IMG/VR virus record: IMGVR_UViG_3300010430_002753
Coordinates: 17,272 to 81,271 of that record
Strand: one strand, 5' to 3'
DNA length: 64,000 nucleotides
Source of the DNA: a virus
Positions 10,341 through 21,002 of the stretch are shown here, one piece after another (the stretch's first letter is position 1; every line of letters begins with the position of its first letter). Position numbers and translations under genes: made by a program. The notes below the pieces were generated by a model. The model searched no databases, was not told where the DNA came from, and worked only from the letters and a program-made list of their open reading frames with translations.

Positions 10341-10625
10341 CTATTCTTTATTCAATAAATATAAATTTCTTTGTATATTAAACTCTTTTTCTGATAATTC
10401 TTTACCTTTAATAAAATAGTAATTCTCTCCTTCACAGTCTCCAGTGTGATGTATTATTGCAGGACCTTTTAGATTATGTAAATGGTCTTTTTGACTATTT
10501 AGATATCCTTCATTACTTAATTGATGATGAGTCCAATTTTGTGATGATGTATATGAATACCATTCATAGCTATTTTTAAAATTATGTTCAATTCCTTCAT
10601 AAAATACTGTTACTTTGCCTATCAT
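10341..10625 (-). CDS. HRLDGPA-like protein with C-terminal tag
   Basis: HNLKGPA; ends NIQRNLYLLNKE. Confidence 0.8.
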   Translation of the reverse strand: MIGKVTVFYEGIEHNFKNSYEWYSYTSSQNWTHHQLSNEGYLNSQKDHLHNLKGPAIIHHTGDCEGENYYFIKGKELSEKEFNIQRNLYLLNKE

Positions 10626-10629
10626 AATA

Positions 10630-11430
10630 TTATTCGTAATCTTTATTATTAACTAAATTATTAATAATTGTATGATCTTTTTGAAATATAACACCTTCTA
10701 TAAATGTCCATTCATTATCTGATTTAATGCAAGTATTTCCATTCTTCCATTTATCTTCTAATTTTGCCCAATTATGACCTTTTTGAAAACACATTTCATG
10801 CATATCTTTTTGATTTTTACCATGTAATTCTTTATGCGAATATAACGATTGAGCTAACATTTGCATTGAATTTCTTATCCAGTCCTGCTGGCGCCAGACG
10901 AAATTATTACATACCTCTTCTCTAGGAATATTAAATGATCTACAATCAAATACTGCTAGTCTATTGTTTTCTATATATTTTATAATATCCTTATCAATAT
11001 CAACTGATGGATATTCTCCAAAACTTAATCCAAAATACTGCGTTCTGCTTTTTTCTTTAAAATATTCTAATAACATAAATTTATTAAACTCAGCAGAGGC
11101 TATACTTGGAGCAACACTACACATTTTTTGAACGTTATAATTAAACCAAGCATCTGTTGTTAATTTATCATAATCAGTTAATAGAATTGTAATCTCATCT
11201 GATTGAGTATAAGCTAATTTAGCACCTTGAATTTGTTCACATAATTTTTTAGTTGTATGTCTCATAGCTTCATTCATTAATTCCGAAAATGGTTTTTCGA
11301 AACTTTTAGTAAACGTGTGAAACGCCTTTCCGTCCAATCTAAGTATTACTGGAGTTCTTCTAGTTAAAAATGTTCTAGATCTAACTTCATAATTATTTTT
11401 CATTCTATCACCAAGTGATGTTTTATCCAT
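10630..11430 (-). CDS. thg1: tRNA(His) guanylyltransferase Thg1-like protein (3'-5' polymerase)
   Basis: LGDRMK..YE, RLDGKAFHTFT, YTQSDEI, FDCR and WRQQDWIRNS motifs. Confidence 0.95.
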   Translation of the reverse strand: MDKTSLGDRMKNNYEVRSRTFLTRRTPVILRLDGKAFHTFTKSFEKPFSELMNEAMRHTTKKLCEQIQGAKLAYTQSDEITILLTDYDKLTTDAWFNYNVQKMCSVAPSIASAEFNKFMLLEYFKEKSRTQYFGLSFGEYPSVDIDKDIIKYIENNRLAVFDCRSFNIPREEVCNNFVWRQQDWIRNSMQMLAQSLYSHKELHGKNQKDMHEMCFQKGHNWAKLEDKWKNGNTCIKSDNEWTFIEGVIFQKDHTIINNLVNNKDYE

Positions 11431-11432
11431 TA

Positions 11433-11732
11433 TTAATTCTCCTCTAATTCTTCTACTAATTCATGCAATATTCTAACTTCCATTAATTCATAACCATATT
11501 TATTAGCAAAATCTTTTATAAACTTAGGTGCATTTTGTATAGTGTTACTAAATATAAACGCCATTGATAAATTAACAGTTTGCATAGTTGGATTTATATT
11601 ATCAATATTAAAACTAATAAATTGATCTTGATTTTCAACATATAGATAACTGTAATTTCTACAAGTATCAGTTTCAGACTTTTTAGCTAAAACTAATCCA
11701 CGGTTTCTACTACCATGATTAAATACATTCAT
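11433..11732 (-). CDS. Hypothetical protein
   Basis: ORF with AAGGAG RBS. Confidence 0.65.
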   Translation of the reverse strand: MNVFNHGSRNRGLVLAKKSETDTCRNYSYLYVENQDQFISFNIDNINPTMQTVNLSMAFIFSNTIQNAPKFIKDFANKYGYELMEVRILHELVEELEEN

Positions 11733-11757
11733 AATGTACTCCTTTTATTTATTAATT

Positions 11758-12000
11758 TTAGCTATAATAAAAATCATAACCTTTCTTTCTAAAACTAGCA
11801 AGATACCAAAATTTTTCCCACCATTCTTTTCCTTCTAAGTGTGCAAGTTTTTCATTTTCGTTTACTGAATGAGATGTATATTTTGTTATTTCTAACATGC
11901 CAGTAAATACAGATTTTTCAGAAATTTTAACATAACAATATTTTTCTGCTATTTCTTTTTTTCTATTTCGTTTTTCTTTCTTATTTTTTTTCCAAAACAC
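11758..12000 (-). CDS. Hypothetical protein
   Basis: GTG start behind GGGAG, overlapping the upstream gene end. Confidence 0.6.
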   Translation of the reverse strand: MFWKKNKKEKRNRKKEIAEKYCYVKISEKSVFTGMLEITKYTSHSVNENEKLAHLEGKEWWEKFWYLASFRKKGYDFYYS

Positions 12001-12295
12001 AATTACTCCCCTTATTTAATAACCTTAAATTTCTTTTTATATTAAAATCTTTTTCTGGTATACATTTTCCATTTATATAATATGATTTATAATTATCATA
12101 TTTATCACTATTTGTCCATTTTATTGCTGGTCCATTTATATTGTGAAGAAAATCTGAGTGTTTATTATTGCCGTTTTCAAATTTATTATCTTTAATAACT
12201 TCATCCCATTTAGAAATAACATCTTCATCGTTATCACCAAAAAATATATACTTTGTTCCATTATACCAAACTTCAACTGATACTATCTTATTCAT
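11981..12295 (-). CDS. HRLDGPA-like protein with C-terminal tag and short extension
   Basis: HNINGPA; NIKRNLRLLNK followed by GSNCVLEKK. Confidence 0.78.
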   Translation of the reverse strand: MNKIVSVEVWYNGTKYIFFGDNDEDVISKWDEVIKDNKFENGNNKHSDFLHNINGPAIKWTNSDKYDNYKSYYINGKCIPEKDFNIKRNLRLLNKGSNCVLEKK

Positions 12296-12298
12296 GAT

Positions 12299-12916
12299 TT
12301 ATAAGTTAGAAAAAACATCATCTGGAATATCATACATAGATTTAGGTTCGTTGTTTTTAGTATTTTCTACAATAGTATCAATATTATTATTTATCTCATC
12401 TCTAGTCATGTCTTTGATATTTGGATTTGCTTTAAACATTTTTTTCTTTAATTCATTATTAGAAGAATATCCAATTCCACTTCTTACTTTATTTATAATA
12501 AAATTTATATCTTTATCACCATGTAATAATTTATTAGTGACAAACGCATTTAAAGCATATAAACTTTCTTCAGCTATAAAAGTATTTGTCTTTTGACCAC
12601 CAACTGCAATTTTATATTCTTTATGAATATTAATAGCATTCTTTCTAGATTCTGATTCTATACCAGCTAAATGTGATTTAGCTATTTCAAAAATATCTGT
12701 ATTTTCTATTAGTAATTTTGCCATTTTAAATGCATTAATAATTTTTTCACCTGAAATACTACATCTAGTTCCTTCAGATAAATCTACAAATTTATTAGCC
12801 TTCTGATTAATTGGTATATAAGAATAAATTAAATGTTTTACAAAACCTTTCTTTTTTGGATCTTTCCACATACTCTCTAATTTTTCAATAATTTTTTCTT
12901 TTTCCATAATAACCAC
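12299..12916 (-). CDS. Hypothetical protein (likely start at Met 12907)
   Basis: ORF after promoter, AAGGTGG RBS. Confidence 0.7.
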   Translation of the reverse strand: MVIMEKEKIIEKLESMWKDPKKKGFVKHLIYSYIPINQKANKFVDLSEGTRCSISGEKIINAFKMAKLLIENTDIFEIAKSHLAGIESESRKNAINIHKEYKIAVGGQKTNTFIAEESLYALNAFVTNKLLHGDKDINFIINKVRSGIGYSSNNELKKKMFKANPNIKDMTRDEINNNIDTIVENTKNNEPKSMYDIPDDVFSNL

Positions 12917-12937
12917 CTTTATTTTTTATTTGTAAAT

Positions 12938-12966
12938 ATAATAATATATGTTACAATTTGTGTCAA
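12938..12966 (-). promoter_or_regulatory. Sigma70-type promoter (repeat family)
   Basis: TTTTTTTAGTTGACA with a weaker -10 box. Confidence 0.65.
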
Positions 12967-13385
12967 CTAAAAAAATTATCCAATGTTACTCTACCATTTT
13001 CTGAAATAAATAATCTAATATTAAATAAACCACATCCATTACTTCCACCACCAAAATGTGTGTATGAATTATGTAAATCTATTGTTACAACAAATCTAAA
13101 ATTATCAGTATCTTTAATTGTTTCTTTTGATAACCAACTTCCAAAGCTTTCAATTCTTAATGTTTTAAATATAACAGGCATTGTTTGAAAATATTCAGAT
13201 TCTACTATAAATCTTAATTTTCCATATCTATCATATTCAACTTCAATTCTTGCAATTTTACAAGTATATGATCTTTTTAAAAGTTCTGTTTCAATAATTT
13301 CTTTAATTTGATATTTTACATCTTCTAAATCAATTCTTGATAAATCTTTCATAACAACTTTACTTGTAATAATTTCTTGTTTCAT
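12963..13385 (-). CDS. Hypothetical protein
   Basis: First gene after promoter, GAGGTTATTATG. Confidence 0.75.
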   Translation of the reverse strand: MKQEIITSKVVMKDLSRIDLEDVKYQIKEIIETELLKRSYTCKIARIEVEYDRYGKLRFIVESEYFQTMPVIFKTLRIESFGSWLSKETIKDTDNFRFVVTIDLHNSYTHFGGGSNGCGLFNIRLFISENGRVTLDNFFS

Positions 13386-13419
13386 AATAACCTCTCTTAT
13401 ATTTTTTATTTATAAATAC

Positions 13420-13448
13420 AATATAATATCTATTAAAATATTTGTCAA
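13420..13448 (-). promoter_or_regulatory. Sigma70-type promoter (repeat family)
   Basis: TTTTTTAGTTGACA-N17-TATATT plus GTATTTATAAAT leader. Confidence 0.82.
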
Positions 13449-13463
13449 CTAAAAAATAAAAAA

Positions 13464-13487
13464 AGATCTATTTTTTATAATAGATCT
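13464..13487 (-). terminator. Intrinsic terminator ending the structural cluster
   Basis: AGATCTATT/AATAGATCT stem followed by a T tract on the minus strand. Confidence 0.65.
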
Positions 13488-13519
13488 CTTGTAAATTTAT
13501 TTTAATACGTATTAATTAG

Positions 13520-14953
13520 TTATTGTTGAACACCTCTTTTTATAGATAATTTTCTAAATTTATCCCCTGCATCCATATCTAAAACGGCAAAGTTTGATTC
13601 TGTATAAGTATTATCAGTAATAGGATTAGTTCCAGATCCTCCAGTTGTATCAACTAAAGTCCAATCAAGAAAATTAGAATCAGTTGGTGATTTTATCCAT
13701 ACTGCAAATGTTCCAACAGGATAAACTCTGCTTATTCTAAGATTACTAATTTCAAAATTACCACTATCATTTAAATATGAAAATGCCAATACAGAAGGAT
13801 TAGTACTAGCCGCAGTTAGTATTATATTATTTCTACCTACTATAGTTGTTTGGGAATTACTTAGTGTTGTGGAATCAAGAGTACTTCTAAATCTAACAAT
13901 TGGTAAACTTCCTTCAATAAGATTAAGATCGAATTCAATCAAATAAGACTCTGTATTAACTATATTAATTTCTTTGACAGTACCTGCATTATAGTTATCA
14001 TTACCGATAGCAGATGCACTAAATCCGTAAGAGCCATTACTTGTAAAGGTTGAATAAGCTGTCGTTGTTCCATTTTCTAAATCACTTGTTTGTAAAGTAT
14101 CTATCTCTTTAAACACTCCACTACTAGCAAGTCTTTGTATCTTGAGATCATACCAAGTGTTGTTGAGTAAGTACGAAGTAGCCGTTAGAAATAACACAAC
14201 AGCACTTCCATTGGTTTTATTGAGTAATCCCAATTGATTAACAGAATTAGTTGCCAAAATATACCCATTAGTATTTACTCTATTATTAACATCCGATATA
14301 AAATCAATATTAATTGTATCGATTAAATTTAAATCAAACTTCCACTCACCATAAGCATGTTTAGAAGGTAAACTAGTTATACCATCACTCACTTGTTCTA
14401 TATATTTAGAACCTTCTGGGATTTCTTGTGGTTCTATATTAACAATATTCTTTATGTATATAATATCATCACTAGAGTCATTGGCGCCAGTAAATACACC
14501 ACTACCAACTTTTGTCATTTCAAATCTAACATTAGCTGCAGTAAATCTTGACATATATAATAATCTATGAGTTGTCCAAGATCCTACTATATTTCCTTCA
14601 ACACTACCCTCTAATTCGTCAATTGATTCTATAGCATTTCCTAATTCAAAACCGTCAACATTAGTATTTTCAGATGGAATATAGTAGTCAAAAGTTAATA
14701 AATATTTTTTACCATTCTCAGAACCTAGACTTCTTTGTATATAGTGTGTTCCAAGATCATTACTAGCGTAATATTTTAATACATTATCTTTACTTGTATT
14801 ACCGTCACTTATATTGTCGTTATTACCAGTTACTGTGGATCTGACATTTGAAAATCCATCTACATTAGAACTGAAGTTAGATGAATATCTTATTTCTGTT
14901 CTATCTTGTTCACCTATCTTTACTGTTCCTGTTTCTACAGAGAATTGTGCCAT
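13520..14953 (-). CDS. Putative virion fibre/decoration protein with carbohydrate-binding-like beta-sandwich domains
   Basis: Ser/Thr/Asn/Gly-rich, Lys-poor; GKKYLLTFDYY and IYIKNI CBM-like patterns. Confidence 0.6.
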   Translation of the reverse strand: MAQFSVETGTVKIGEQDRTEIRYSSNFSSNVDGFSNVRSTVTGNNDNISDGNTSKDNVLKYYASNDLGTHYIQRSLGSENGKKYLLTFDYYIPSENTNVDGFELGNAIESIDELEGSVEGNIVGSWTTHRLLYMSRFTAANVRFEMTKVGSGVFTGANDSSDDIIYIKNIVNIEPQEIPEGSKYIEQVSDGITSLPSKHAYGEWKFDLNLIDTINIDFISDVNNRVNTNGYILATNSVNQLGLLNKTNGSAVVLFLTATSYLLNNTWYDLKIQRLASSGVFKEIDTLQTSDLENGTTTAYSTFTSNGSYGFSASAIGNDNYNAGTVKEINIVNTESYLIEFDLNLIEGSLPIVRFRSTLDSTTLSNSQTTIVGRNNIILTAASTNPSVLAFSYLNDSGNFEISNLRISRVYPVGTFAVWIKSPTDSNFLDWTLVDTTGGSGTNPITDNTYTESNFAVLDMDAGDKFRKLSIKRGVQQ

Positions 14954-15003
14954 ATTTATTCCTCATTTATTTATTATAATTAAATATTATAGTTTTGTAT
15001 CTT

Positions 15004-16290
15004 TTAGTATTCAAACACTTCACCAGCAGTATATTCTTTGCCGTCTGCTGATCCATTTGTTCCATCTGTTGTTAATAATGTTTGTTTTGCATATTTATTA
15101 TAATCAGCTTTATGTTGTTCTAAGGTTCTTGTATAATTATAACATTTAGCAAACTTAATATTGCCATTTAATCCGAAATTACTAAGACCCGCAATTTGTT
15201 CAATACCAACATTAGCAGTTCCTCCAACGTCAACACTTTCTATCTCTTGTCCATTTACTCTTAGTGTCCAAGTTGTATCAATAAGAACAGTTTCAATTAG
15301 GTAGTCAACACCTATTTGAAAATCATAATCAATAGTTGCTACACTTGAAAGAGCACCTTCAATATTAATAGCAGCCAAATCACTTTTTATTCTAATATAA
15401 TTAGTACTTGTACTTCTACCAAATAAGTTGTGAGGATTCCCTGTTGCTCCTTTTAAATTGACTAAAGCAACTGCACTTTTAACAGTTAATAGTCTTGAAG
15501 GTAGTGTAATAGTATCTGTTCCAGCATTTAAACTTGCTCCACCATTACCAAAATCTACTCCAATAGATGTTCCATCATTGTTATTATTAGTAGCATCGAT
15601 AGCATTACCATTTTCGTAATTATGGAATAAAATTAAACCAGAGTCATATTCTACAGGTTTGTGTTCAACTTTCATATCATAATTAGAAGGAGATACTATA
15701 TCAGTAGAGTTTAAAAATTCATTATATAATTTATTTCTTTCTTGTGCATCTAATATTTTATCGTATACTCTTACTAATGGGATATAAGATTTAGTTTCAA
15801 AACTAATAGAATTAATGTCGGTATCATCGATCAATGGATTACTTGCTACTGTTAGCTCTTGAGTATCTTGCCACATTCTTATAACTCTATTATCGCTTTC
15901 GATGATATACATATGATATATTGAATTATAACTGTCCACTGTTGCAAGAGCAGTATCACCATTAGTATTACTTTCAATCTGAAGTGCTCCTGTAGTAGAT
16001 ATTGTTAAAAATGATAAATTAGTTGTCGTATCTTTATTTAAAAGTAAAAATGATTCTACTCCCAATATTCCATTGTTTTTGGCAAATATAACTATTGTTC
16101 TTGCTTCATTTGCAGGTGATAAATTAACAGATGTAGGAAAGTTTAATGTAGAAGTATCAATGAATTTAGCGGCTCTTCCTTTTCTTGATTTCTTGATCTC
16201 AACATCAGTTAATGTTGGTAAAGTTCCAGTTATTTTTTCTCTGGTGGATCCATCTCGTGTATCGAAATTAAATATTAAATTATTTCTCAT
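15004..16290 (-). CDS. LamG/concanavalin A-like domain virion protein
   Basis: VRVYDKILDAQERNKLYN and NGNIKFAKCYN LamG-type C-terminal strands. Confidence 0.65.
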   Translation of the reverse strand: MRNNLIFNFDTRDGSTREKITGTLPTLTDVEIKKSRKGRAAKFIDTSTLNFPTSVNLSPANEARTIVIFAKNNGILGVESFLLLNKDTTTNLSFLTISTTGALQIESNTNGDTALATVDSYNSIYHMYIIESDNRVIRMWQDTQELTVASNPLIDDTDINSISFETKSYIPLVRVYDKILDAQERNKLYNEFLNSTDIVSPSNYDMKVEHKPVEYDSGLILFHNYENGNAIDATNNNNDGTSIGVDFGNGGASLNAGTDTITLPSRLLTVKSAVALVNLKGATGNPHNLFGRSTSTNYIRIKSDLAAINIEGALSSVATIDYDFQIGVDYLIETVLIDTTWTLRVNGQEIESVDVGGTANVGIEQIAGLSNFGLNGNIKFAKCYNYTRTLEQHKADYNKYAKQTLLTTDGTNGSADGKEYTAGEVFEY

Positions 16291-16314
16291 ATTTATTACC
16301 TCTATTATACATTA

Positions 16315-17844
16315 TCATACTAAGTATCCAATGTTTTTATAATATTGCGTTTCTTGTATTATTTGTTCTTGAGTAGCTTTACCTTGTCTAATTTTAAAAA
16401 CTTTCATAAGTCCGTTAAACCAAGCAGTTGTCATATCCCCTCTAGTACCTAATGCAATATTACTAACGCCTCCATACCCAGACACAACATCACTTGTCCC
16501 AATAGAATTACTATCTACAAATACTTCATATGTTTCGGTATTCATATCCCAAACAATATCAAATTTATGTGCTTTGTTGTCTTTATAATTATTAAGATTG
16601 CCAACAGTTTTTGATCTCATCCAAAATATATCATCACTTAAAAATAAGATCCAATCACTAGCATAAGATCCACCTAATACATGGGCTTGTGAAGCTGCAT
16701 AACCAGAACCTATATTATTTGATAATTCTGTTATTGCAGTTAATGTAAAATCTATAGTTTCTGTTAAATCTATATTGATGCCTGTATCTATATATGCAGT
16801 ATTTGTATTTTTAAAGTAAACACCTTGATTTAAAAAATCAACATCTACGATTGCTTGGGTTATTTCAGGAGATGTTGCATTAAAAGCACTTTTATTTTTC
16901 TTGAAATCGTATTCCATGATAGGAGTAAGTTCAGCTGCTTTTAATTCTATAAATTCAAATCTTGTAATATTTGTAGTTCCTGCGTCAGCATTTCTTAAAT
17001 AAAATCCACTATTTTTTCCAATAACTTGTTCATCAAACACAAAAGTTCCTGTAAGAGCGCCAGTATAGTATCCACTAAAACTATCATCACCAACTCTAAA
17101 TTCAGTTGATGTAGTATTACCTTCTATAATTAATCTATATTTATTACCATTGACAATGGAATAATCCTTTTTAACTCCACCTGCTGCTGTTGTCGTAAAA
17201 CTATCATTATCTCCTATTGCTCCACCAACCATAGACCAACCACTAGTAAAATCCCAATTTAATACTATATTTTCCCCATACCCGGCTGTATTTGTAATAC
17301 CTTTATGTAATTTATTATTATATAATAATTCTACTTCTTCTGCTGTTAATGCTTTGTTGTATATTTCAAACAAATAAAAATCACCAACAAAATCAAAAGC
17401 AAGCCCTCCGTTTGTTCCAATAGTAAACGGATTAAGACCGCTACCATAATCTAATATTATATCTGATATTACAATGTCGTAATCTTGCCCAATAACAATA
17501 CTACTACTTGTTGACCCATCAACATATGAGATTCCAGATGAAATTAATATACTATCGTCAGCTTCAATACTACCTAATCCTTTACCATCAAAGTTTTTTG
17601 TTCTAAAATCAAATAATACTCTTGCTATATCATTATTAGTGCATTTACCTTTTATTCTAACACTGTAATTGCCTTTATGTCTTTTTTGATAAATTATAGA
17701 TGAAGTAGATAAACTAAAACTACCAACACCATTACTCAAACTAACATCAGTCGGAGTTCCTCCATTTTTATGAATTGCGTCAAAACTATTAAATGTTTCA
17801 CGAAACACACAACTTTTTTCTATATTATATAAACTTTCTTTCAT
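16315..17844 (-). CDS. LamG/concanavalin A-like domain virion protein
   Basis: FVGDFYLFEIYNKALTAEEVELLYN and WFNGLMKVFKI motifs. Confidence 0.7.
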   Translation of the reverse strand: MKESLYNIEKSCVFRETFNSFDAIHKNGGTPTDVSLSNGVGSFSLSTSSIIYQKRHKGNYSVRIKGKCTNNDIARVLFDFRTKNFDGKGLGSIEADDSILISSGISYVDGSTSSSIVIGQDYDIVISDIILDYGSGLNPFTIGTNGGLAFDFVGDFYLFEIYNKALTAEEVELLYNNKLHKGITNTAGYGENIVLNWDFTSGWSMVGGAIGDNDSFTTTAAGGVKKDYSIVNGNKYRLIIEGNTTSTEFRVGDDSFSGYYTGALTGTFVFDEQVIGKNSGFYLRNADAGTTNITRFEFIELKAAELTPIMEYDFKKNKSAFNATSPEITQAIVDVDFLNQGVYFKNTNTAYIDTGINIDLTETIDFTLTAITELSNNIGSGYAASQAHVLGGSYASDWILFLSDDIFWMRSKTVGNLNNYKDNKAHKFDIVWDMNTETYEVFVDSNSIGTSDVVSGYGGVSNIALGTRGDMTTAWFNGLMKVFKIRQGKATQEQIIQETQYYKNIGYLV

Positions 17845-17850
17845 TTATTT

Positions 17851-18408
17851 TTATCCTTTGTATGTATGAACACCAACTCTAATAGTCAATGTTGCACCGT
17901 TACTTGAACATTTAACTCTAGCCCATATTTTTTTACTAACTAAAATTCTAGACATTTGAGCTTCTATAGGAACAGCTTCAGCTGCGTTACCACCAGTTCT
18001 ATAAGGTATTTCTGTGCATAATTCTGCTTCTCCAAATGTAGTATCTCCACACCAAATTTGAATCATATAATTTTGATCATTAGCACTAGATACATCTATA
18101 ACTATTCTATGCATATCAAAATATACAGGTATATCTGGAAAATCTGACGAACTTATATCATTAGCTTCCGATAATTGAATTTCTGTTCCATAAGCTTCAC
18201 CAGTTCCTGCAGTTAATGTCCATGCAGTTAAATTGTTAGCTGTACTCATAGAATTGTCACCATCATCGCCATACCATCTTTCTACAGAATGAAAATGCTT
18301 TTCTATTTCATGAACTCTGTAAGCTAATGAATTATGAACGCCAGAAAGACCTTCTGTTGCTTGATTATCTATTTTATTTGTACCTTCTTTTGTCTCAAAT
18401 CCTGCCAT
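17851..18408 (-). CDS. Putative virion structural protein (MAGF N-terminus)
   Basis: In the structural cluster, acidic and beta-rich composition, GGAG RBS. Confidence 0.6.
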   Translation of the reverse strand: MAGFETKEGTNKIDNQATEGLSGVHNSLAYRVHEIEKHFHSVERWYGDDGDNSMSTANNLTAWTLTAGTGEAYGTEIQLSEANDISSSDFPDIPVYFDMHRIVIDVSSANDQNYMIQIWCGDTTFGEAELCTEIPYRTGGNAAEAVPIEAQMSRILVSKKIWARVKCSSNGATLTIRVGVHTYKG

Positions 18409-18442
18409 TAATTTTCTCCATTAATTGTATATTTTTTATTAA

Positions 18443-18745
18443 TCAATCAAAATATACAACATTGTAGCATGTATCTTGTTTTGTTGTGATAAACGCACTA
18501 AATTCTGGATGTGAACCGTCTAAAAATATAGCTGGACCATCATAATCTCCAAAGTCTAATGTTATATCAGAACTACTTTGGTCAACATCAACACCTTCAG
18601 CTGAATCTACTATTTGTTGTTGTGTTAATCCTAGATCAACTTTTAGTGTAGTTTCGTTTGTTATTCTAAGTGATGATATTTTTGCTATTTCTGCTTGAAA
18701 TTGTTCAGTTGCGTCTATGTGTATTGGTACTATAATTGTTGACAT
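18443..18745 (-). CDS. Putative virion structural protein
   Basis: ORF in cluster, GAGG RBS. Confidence 0.55.
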   Translation of the reverse strand: MSTIIVPIHIDATEQFQAEIAKISSLRITNETTLKVDLGLTQQQIVDSAEGVDVDQSSSDITLDFGDYDGPAIFLDGSHPEFSAFITTKQDTCYNVVYFD

Positions 18746-18762
18746 AATTTATTCCTCTCTAT

Positions 18763-19332
18763 TTATCTTGTATTACTATATTCTTGATCAGTTCCAGCAC
18801 TATTAACTTGAAAATGTATATCAAATTCTTTAGCTAAAATATCTCCACTAACATCACTATCATCTCTATATAATTTTACTTCTATCATACTACTTGGAAA
18901 TACTAATCCATTTCCATCTATTTCGCCAAATGAGCTTATTTGAATTAAATCACCACTAACATAATCATATACACCGCCATTAGTTGATAATGTTGTCCAA
19001 GTAGTAGGCGCGTGTCCACCATTTATGTATAATCTATAATCTATTTTAAATGTAGGTGTTGCTTCTTGAGATTGCATCCAGTGAATATGTGGTCTTATGT
19101 TACTATTCGGTTTTATAGTATGACTAAATTGACCAATAATATAAACTATCTCTGAATCAATACCTTCAGGGAATAATAATCCTATGTTTACAAAATCAAA
19201 ATCTGGTTTTTGCGATTGACCTTGTTTATCTCTAGTTAATGGGAATCTCATATCTTCCCATACAATACCATTATCTGAATCACCACTCCATAATTCATAG
19301 GGAGTTACTGAATTTGGATTAAATCCTGCCAT
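18763..19332 (-). CDS. Putative virion structural protein (MAGFNP N-terminus; WEDMRFP and RPHIHW motifs)
   Basis: ORF in cluster; resembles beta-sandwich fibre-tip domains. Confidence 0.6.
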   Translation of the reverse strand: MAGFNPNSVTPYELWSGDSDNGIVWEDMRFPLTRDKQGQSQKPDFDFVNIGLLFPEGIDSEIVYIIGQFSHTIKPNSNIRPHIHWMQSQEATPTFKIDYRLYINGGHAPTTWTTLSTNGGVYDYVSGDLIQISSFGEIDGNGLVFPSSMIEVKLYRDDSDVSGDILAKEFDIHFQVNSAGTDQEYSNTR

Positions 19333-19334
19333 AA

Positions 19335-19784
19335 TTATATTTCTCCTAAAAATGTTAAAAATAATGTTTCATGCGTAACCGTTGTTGTTGTAGTATCGCT
19401 TTTTATGTATACTTCGATATAATCACCAGTATTTAATATTACAAAATTTGTAATAGCGATATCACTTAAACTATTTGCATGTTCAAAATTTGTTGGTGTA
19501 CTTGCACCTGGTACGATATTGCCATTTATATATAGTTGATATTCTACTCTACAAACTTTATTTGCACTCAAGTCACTAACACCGTTAAATAAGAATTTTA
19601 CATTACTTTGTCCAAGATATGTTAACTTCCCAGTGCCGTCATAAACAAAACCTTCATTACAAGTTCCGTCAGACCATATACCGTTTACTCTATAATATTC
19701 TCCAGGAGTTGTGCAAATAGTTTCTAATGCTACACTTAAATGATGACATCCTTTATATAATCTTCTAGGTATAAACCCTGCCAT
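19335..19784 (-). CDS. Putative C1q/BclA-like jelly-roll virion protein (MAGF N-terminus)
   Basis: LNTGDYIEVYIKS motif typical of BclA/C1q-like C-terminal domains. Confidence 0.6.
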   Translation of the reverse strand: MAGFIPRRLYKGCHHLSVALETICTTPGEYYRVNGIWSDGTCNEGFVYDGTGKLTYLGQSNVKFLFNGVSDLSANKVCRVEYQLYINGNIVPGASTPTNFEHANSLSDIAITNFVILNTGDYIEVYIKSDTTTTTVTHETLFLTFLGEI

Positions 19785-19800
19785 AATTTACTCTCCTAAA

Positions 19801-20196
19801 TTAATATCCATAACTAGCTTTAAAAACATTCCATGTTTGACCATTCATATAATCTGTTAATACATCATCACACTTTAATAACTCACATGATAGTTGTTGA
19901 ACTAGTTTATTTTCTGTTGTAGGAATAAAATATTCTGCGGGAGTTACTAAATTTCCTTCTACGTCATATTCTGCCGGTGTTATTATTACATTACCATTCA
20001 TTAAATTTTCTATATCTTTAGCTATATCGTTGGCTAATTTAAATACTGTTTTTAGATTAGAATAATCTACACCTATACCGGCTTTAAATGCTTCACCAGC
20101 TGTCATATATCCATCAGTTAAATTATAAATTTGTCTTGCATGTCCTTGATTTAATTCTTTAGTTGATTTCGTTTTTATTTTTTTGTGAAATCTCAT
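19801..20196 (-). CDS. Hypothetical protein
   Basis: ORF in cluster with ITPAEYD...VTPAEY internal repeat. Confidence 0.65.
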   Translation of the reverse strand: MRFHKKIKTKSTKELNQGHARQIYNLTDGYMTAGEAFKAGIGVDYSNLKTVFKLANDIAKDIENLMNGNVIITPAEYDVEGNLVTPAEYFIPTTENKLVQQLSCELLKCDDVLTDYMNGQTWNVFKASYGY

Positions 20197-20220
20197 TTTT
20201 ATAATCCTCTATGGTGATTA

Positions 20221-20976
20221 TTAATCTCTCCATATTTTGTTAATGGAAATTGTTAAATCTCCTGGTGTTGCTCCTATAGTAGAAGACTTTCCTTGAACTT
20301 TAACTATTGGAACAGTTCCTTTATCAAATTCATAATAGATATTTTGATCTTCATCTGTTAATGTTTTTGAACTAATTCCATCTATAGCAAATTCAGTTCC
20401 ACCAGTTTCATCTAATCCAACAACTTGAATTAAAGAACCAGTACTATTATTATTATCATAACTAACATATACGCCTAATCTATTATATGTTCTCATATCT
20501 ATTTCACTTCCAAAATCTACATATGAACCAGTTGTTAAATCTTGTTCAGACACAATTTCAATAGGGTCTGTATAATGATTCCATATTGGATTTTGATCTA
20601 CTGTTTTTTGTATATCTAGTCCTTGATCTATTGTTCTAGGATTAGCTATTACTGTTGCGACTACAACATCACCAGTATCTAAATTTGGTATTAATTTTGG
20701 AACCGTTACAGTGTTACCAGATATTGTTGCATCTTGTAATGATATTGCTTTACCATTAACTAACAAACCACCTGCTTGTATATTTAAAGTTGCTATTGAA
20801 AATGGAGCACCAGAAATAGTAAATGTATTTGAACCAGATACTGCTGTTACTGTGAAATCCTCCATTGCATTTGTATATATTCCGTATGAACTATTTATCA
20901 TGTCTATTGCTCCTATCCCTATAATGTCTTTTATAAATTTTGGAGATAATAAAGTTAAACTGTTTAAAAAAATCAT
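20221..20976 (-). CDS. Putative virion structural protein
   Basis: Thr/Gly-rich, beta-type composition. Confidence 0.6.
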   Translation of the reverse strand: MIFLNSLTLLSPKFIKDIIGIGAIDMINSSYGIYTNAMEDFTVTAVSGSNTFTISGAPFSIATLNIQAGGLLVNGKAISLQDATISGNTVTVPKLIPNLDTGDVVVATVIANPRTIDQGLDIQKTVDQNPIWNHYTDPIEIVSEQDLTTGSYVDFGSEIDMRTYNRLGVYVSYDNNNSTGSLIQVVGLDETGGTEFAIDGISSKTLTDEDQNIYYEFDKGTVPIVKVQGKSSTIGATPGDLTISINKIWRD

Positions 20977-21002
20977 CTTCTTGTCTTCTCCAATTGTATA
21001 TT